Shown: positions 7,989-10,688 of the stretch, one piece after another
Layout of the letters: each line of letters starts with the position of its first letter
Numbering within the stretch: the first letter of the stretch is position 1
Assembly (NCBI GenBank): GCA_029856125.1
Contig: JAHQWJ010000011.1
Span: forward strand, 1-10,688
Length of the DNA: 10,688 bases
Direction of reading: 5' to 3'
DNA from: Promethearchaeia archaeon
GTDB taxonomy: Archaea > Asgardarchaeota > Lokiarchaeia > Sigyniarchaeales > SOKP01
Notes under the pieces: model-generated
Database searches by the model: none
What the model was told of the DNA's origin: nothing
The model's input: the letters and a program-made list of their open reading frames with translations, nothing else
Program-made: the position numbers and the translations under genes

Positions 7989-9353
7989 TTAAAGTTCAAC
8001 ATTCTTCTTTTCCTTCATTTTATTAATTTCAGACCAAAAGTACTTAATAGTGATAAAATACCATAGTAAAAGTCCAGGTATTACTATAATTAAGGATATA
8101 AGAATATTAGTGGGTATTATAAAACCAAAAATATTGATATCTATAAAATCTATGGGGATAATAAATAAATCAATAGCGACAAGATATAAATACCCTACTA
8201 CGATCAATATTACCATGAGAACTACGATCCCTCTTATTCTAGGATATTTATACAATAAAAATACAGTAATTAACCCAAAAACACTTGTAATTATAGTTAT
8301 TGTAATAAAATCTATTGTTGAATTCATCAATAATGTTGTTAAAATAGCAAAAAAGCCACATATTATCGAAATTATGTAAAAGTTTTTAACCAAATCTGGT
8401 TCTTTCATTGGTCCTTTAGCTAATACTAACCGAGGTAATGTCAAAGCAGCGCTTTTTTGATCCGAAGCCTTTATAAAATCGTTTTCTAATAATAAAATGT
8501 CGCTTCTATTGTCTAAAATTTCACTGCTTTCGAAAAATCCCTTTACAGAATAAATGACGTAAAAGCTATTAAATATATGAATAAGCAATGCACAAAAAAC
8601 GGCTGCTTCAAGAGAACCAATCAGAGCGATAGAAGCAAACATTGCTCCAATGCTTAGAGTTCCAACATCCCCTGGAAAAATTTTAGCGGGGAACTTGTTA
8701 TATAAGAAAAAGGGTATTAATATTGCTAAGGATACAACTGTAAATAACAAACCTTCTGCGGAGTCCCATATAATAGAGCAAATAATTAAGGAAAGTAAAG
8801 CAATAATCGATGTCCCTGAGCCTTCACCATTGTATCCTTCTAACATATTGACTGTATTAGTAAAAACAACAACGATTAAAGGAGCGAAAATTGGATATAT
8901 TAGGTTTAATCTTAATTTTCCCAAAAAGGGGATCGTAGGAGATTCGATTTGTATAAAACCAACAGCGTTTGCCAAAAATATCACTATCCCTGTAAAAAGT
9001 GTTAACAACAGCTTGTACCTTGATCTTAATTTGATTCTGTCATCTATATAGCCAATTAAACCAGAAATTACTACTGTTAACACAAAAATAAAAATTTCAT
9101 TAAAGAAATCTGGGAAAAATATAGTCAGTAATATAGCAGTAATTGATAAACCAATGATAATAGAAATCCCACCAGATTCCGGAACTTCAGTTTTTATTGT
9201 CTTATGTATATCTATCCCTGTGTATCCTTTCCGTTTCATGATTCTTATAACATAAGGGATAATTACTAGTGTTATAACAAATCCCGCAATGAAAGATATG
9301 ACTAGGTAAATTGTTTCTAAAATACCCCAATTCATAGAGGATAGCCGAATCAT
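7989..9353 (-). CDS. aglH: UDP-GlcNAc:dolichyl-phosphate GlcNAc-1-phosphate transferase (AglH/Alg7/DPAGT1-like, MraY/GT4 superfamily) with extra C-terminal TM helices
   Basis: GIDIHK..EVPESGG, IGYIDD, NTVNMLEGYNG and YNKFPAKIFPGDVGT motifs; polytopic membrane protein. Confidence 0.85.
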   Translation of the reverse strand: MIRLSSMNWGILETIYLVISFIAGFVITLVIIPYVIRIMKRKGYTGIDIHKTIKTEVPESGGISIIIGLSITAILLTIFFPDFFNEIFIFVLTVVISGLIGYIDDRIKLRSRYKLLLTLFTGIVIFLANAVGFIQIESPTIPFLGKLRLNLIYPIFAPLIVVVFTNTVNMLEGYNGEGSGTSIIALLSLIICSIIWDSAEGLLFTVVSLAILIPFFLYNKFPAKIFPGDVGTLSIGAMFASIALIGSLEAAVFCALLIHIFNSFYVIYSVKGFFESSEILDNRSDILLLENDFIKASDQKSAALTLPRLVLAKGPMKEPDLVKNFYIISIICGFFAILTTLLMNSTIDFITITIITSVFGLITVFLLYKYPRIRGIVVLMVILIVVGYLYLVAIDLFIIPIDFIDINIFGFIIPTNILISLIIVIPGLLLWYFITIKYFWSEINKMKEKKNVEL

Positions 9354-9425
9354 ATTAAATCATTTAGTTTTGGATTAATTTTTGTTCTCATAATCAAATA
9401 AATCTTTTTAAATAAAATGTATAAA

Positions 9426-9527
9426 TAGCCCGGCACGGAATTTCGATCATCGAGATGACTCGATAAATTTCGAACCGTGGTCACGGGGTTCAAGGCCCCA
9501 GATGCTTGGCCACTACACCACCGGGCT
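9426..9527 (-). tRNA. tRNA-Gln(UUG) with a 29-nt intron at position 59/60 (exons 9527-9469 and 9439-9426); CCA not encoded
   Basis: Minus strand reads AGCCCGG TG GTGT AGTGGCCAA GCAT C TGGGG CCTTGAA CCCCG TGAC CACGG TTCGAA [ATTTATCGAGTCATCTCGATGATCGAAAT] T CCGTG CCGGGCT A. All four stems pair, and the A1-U72 pair is typical of archaeal tRNA-Gln. Confidence 0.92.
9440..9468 (-). other. tRNA intron with a bulge-helix-bulge-type splice motif
   Basis: A 4-bp helix TTCG/CGAA is flanked by 3-nt bulges AAA and ATT, with an inner hairpin ATCGAG-TCAT-CTCGAT. Cutting after the second base of each bulge restores the T-loop TTCGAAT. Confidence 0.88.
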
Positions 9528-9541
9528 TTAACAATTTTTTT

Positions 9542-10165
9542 TTATAGATTAAATGGTTTTAAATTTTGTTTAAAAAATGCGTTATCTAATAAATCTTTAT
9601 TGGTTTTCAGAAATAGAATATCTGCTTCTTTATCCCTATATTCATCCGGTAACATCTGCGGTATAGTTTCGATGATTGGGAACCATCTCTTACATTGAGA
9701 ACAAAACAATATACCCTTTTCAATTTCAATTTCAGTTTTGAATTTGTTTAATAAATATAATTCTGGCAAAATTGTATCAATATATTCATTCATCAAATTG
9801 TTTGAAAAAGCTTTTATTTTTTGTTTTATATCATTTTGTATAACATGAATACATCGTTTACTTAGCTCAGATGAGGATTTATCGCTTATGTTATCTACTT
9901 CTTTAATGCTAGAAATTATTGCGTTTATATAAATACCAAAATTACTTTTTTCAATCACGATTTCGTCTTTCAGAAGTAATTCTTCATTTTTTTGCTCAAT
10001 TTCAATAATACTTTCCTTTTTAATACTAATTATGTCTCTCTTATCATACGCTTCTAATATTTCTTTAAAAATATTTTCGTCTGTTTCAAAAGAAAAGATT
10101 ATCAACTCGAGCGGAAAAAATTTATCAATCGGACAAGCTAAAATATCGCACAACCACGGTCTCAT
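9542..10165 (-). CDS. trm112: Trm112-family methyltransferase activator with a large central insertion
   Basis: N-terminal MRPWLCDILACPIDKFFPLEL and C-terminal EIEIEKGILFCSQCKRWFPIIETIPQMLPDEYRD are the two halves of the Trm112 zinc-binding domain. Confidence 0.88.
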   Translation of the reverse strand: MRPWLCDILACPIDKFFPLELIIFSFETDENIFKEILEAYDKRDIISIKKESIIEIEQKNEELLLKDEIVIEKSNFGIYINAIISSIKEVDNISDKSSSELSKRCIHVIQNDIKQKIKAFSNNLMNEYIDTILPELYLLNKFKTEIEIEKGILFCSQCKRWFPIIETIPQMLPDEYRDKEADILFLKTNKDLLDNAFFKQNLKPFNL

Positions 10166-10169
10166 TTAT

Positions 10170-10174
10170 TCACC
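10170..10174 (-). promoter_or_regulatory. Archaeal Shine-Dalgarno-like GGTGA for trm112
   Basis: Minus strand reads GGTGA-ataa-ATG, with the ATG at 10165-10163. Confidence 0.6.
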
Positions 10175-10188
10175 GAAATTTTTGTCAT

Positions 10189-10688
10189 TTACAATAAATA
10201 ACTTCTTAGTTGTTGAATATACTTATCGATCGTTCTATCTAATTTCTTTCTCCTATTGAAGAAATCTTCGGATAATTTTTGGTAAGCTGCTTTAGAAGGT
10301 AATTTTCCTCTTTTATATCGCGTCTCCAAGAGATTTAAGCTATCCGAAATACTAATTCTTTCGGCATCTAATACATCAAGTCTTTTTACAATATTGTTAA
10401 ATGTATCGTTCGTCTCCATCAATATTTTCTTAAAAGGAAGGATTTCCTCTTTAATCTGATCTATTTTTGTCGTGTTTTTGCTTAATAAACTCTTATAAGT
10501 CTTTTTTGCTAACTTCTTGCGTTTTGTCTCACTTTCTGCTTTTCTAATTTCCAGCACTAATGCGTTTTTTTCTTCGTACAATGAACAAAATTCTCTAATT
10601 TCACTGGTGGGGATGAATTCCTTTTTGAAGATTGATACTTGTTCCTCTCTTTTTAGAGTTTTAATAGCAAGAACGAAAATCGACGACA
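10189..10688 (-). CDS. C-terminal part of a membrane protein with a cytosolic helical bundle, possibly ribophorin I (OST1/RPN1)-like; 5' end outside the window
   Basis: The frame stays open upstream of the TTG at 10581 to the window edge: SSIFVLAIKTLKREEQVSIFKKEFIPTSEIREFCSLYEEK. This looks like the end of a TM helix followed by a helical tail with two similar hairpins (KRKKLAKKTY, RYKRGKLPSKAAY). The ribophorin call is from recalled resemblance only. Confidence 0.55.
   Translation of the reverse strand, partial: SSIFVLAIKTLKREEQVSIFKKEFIPTSEIREFCSLYEEKNALVLEIRKAESETKRKKLAKKTYKSLLSKNTTKIDQIKEEILPFKKILMETNDTFNNIVKRLDVLDAERISISDSLNLLETRYKRGKLPSKAAYQKLSEDFFNRRKKLDRTIDKYIQQLRSYLL

Noticed and set aside
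8050-9051. Plus-strand ORFs 8050..8379 and 8650..9051
   Set aside because: They are antisense shadows of the hydrophobic aglH gene with no motifs.
9426-9440. tRNA 3' end as the integration site of the nuclease cassette
   Set aside because: aglH lies between the tRNA and the cassette, I found no duplicated tRNA 3' fragment, and no integrase is present.
9489-9495. Reading the anticodon as UGA (Ser)
   Set aside because: That register breaks the anticodon stem, there is no long variable arm, and the body has tRNA-Gln features (A1-U72).
9477-10259. Plus-strand ORFs 9477..9698 and 10032..10259
   Set aside because: They are antisense to the tRNA, trm112 and the upstream gene, short, and motif-free.

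Overview
AT-rich archaeal DNA. The tRNA with a bulge-helix-bulge (BHB) intron, the AglH/Alg7-type transferase, the Trm112 protein and the GGTGA ribosome-binding site all indicate an archaeon; Asgard/Lokiarchaeia is my inference from protein style. A minus-strand housekeeping run reads: the C-terminus of a probable ribophorin-I-like membrane protein, Trm112 with a large insert, tRNA-Gln(UUG) with a non-canonical 59/60 T-loop intron, AglH/GPT, an 848-aa M48 membrane peptidase with a long soluble tail, a UbiA/DPPR-synthase-like prenyltransferase, a diverged 318-bp tandem copy of that gene's 3' end, and a frameshifted family-5 ABC solute-binding protein. This run is interrupted by a plus-strand, translationally coupled two-gene cassette. 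It encodes a 203-aa helical orphan and an 815-aa modular protein made of a Zn-binding N-terminal domain, an acidic linker, a GIY-YIG nuclease and about five ~50-aa HTH-like repeats. The cassette is the best candidate for an undescribed system. All calls are from manual reading of motifs; no searches were run.
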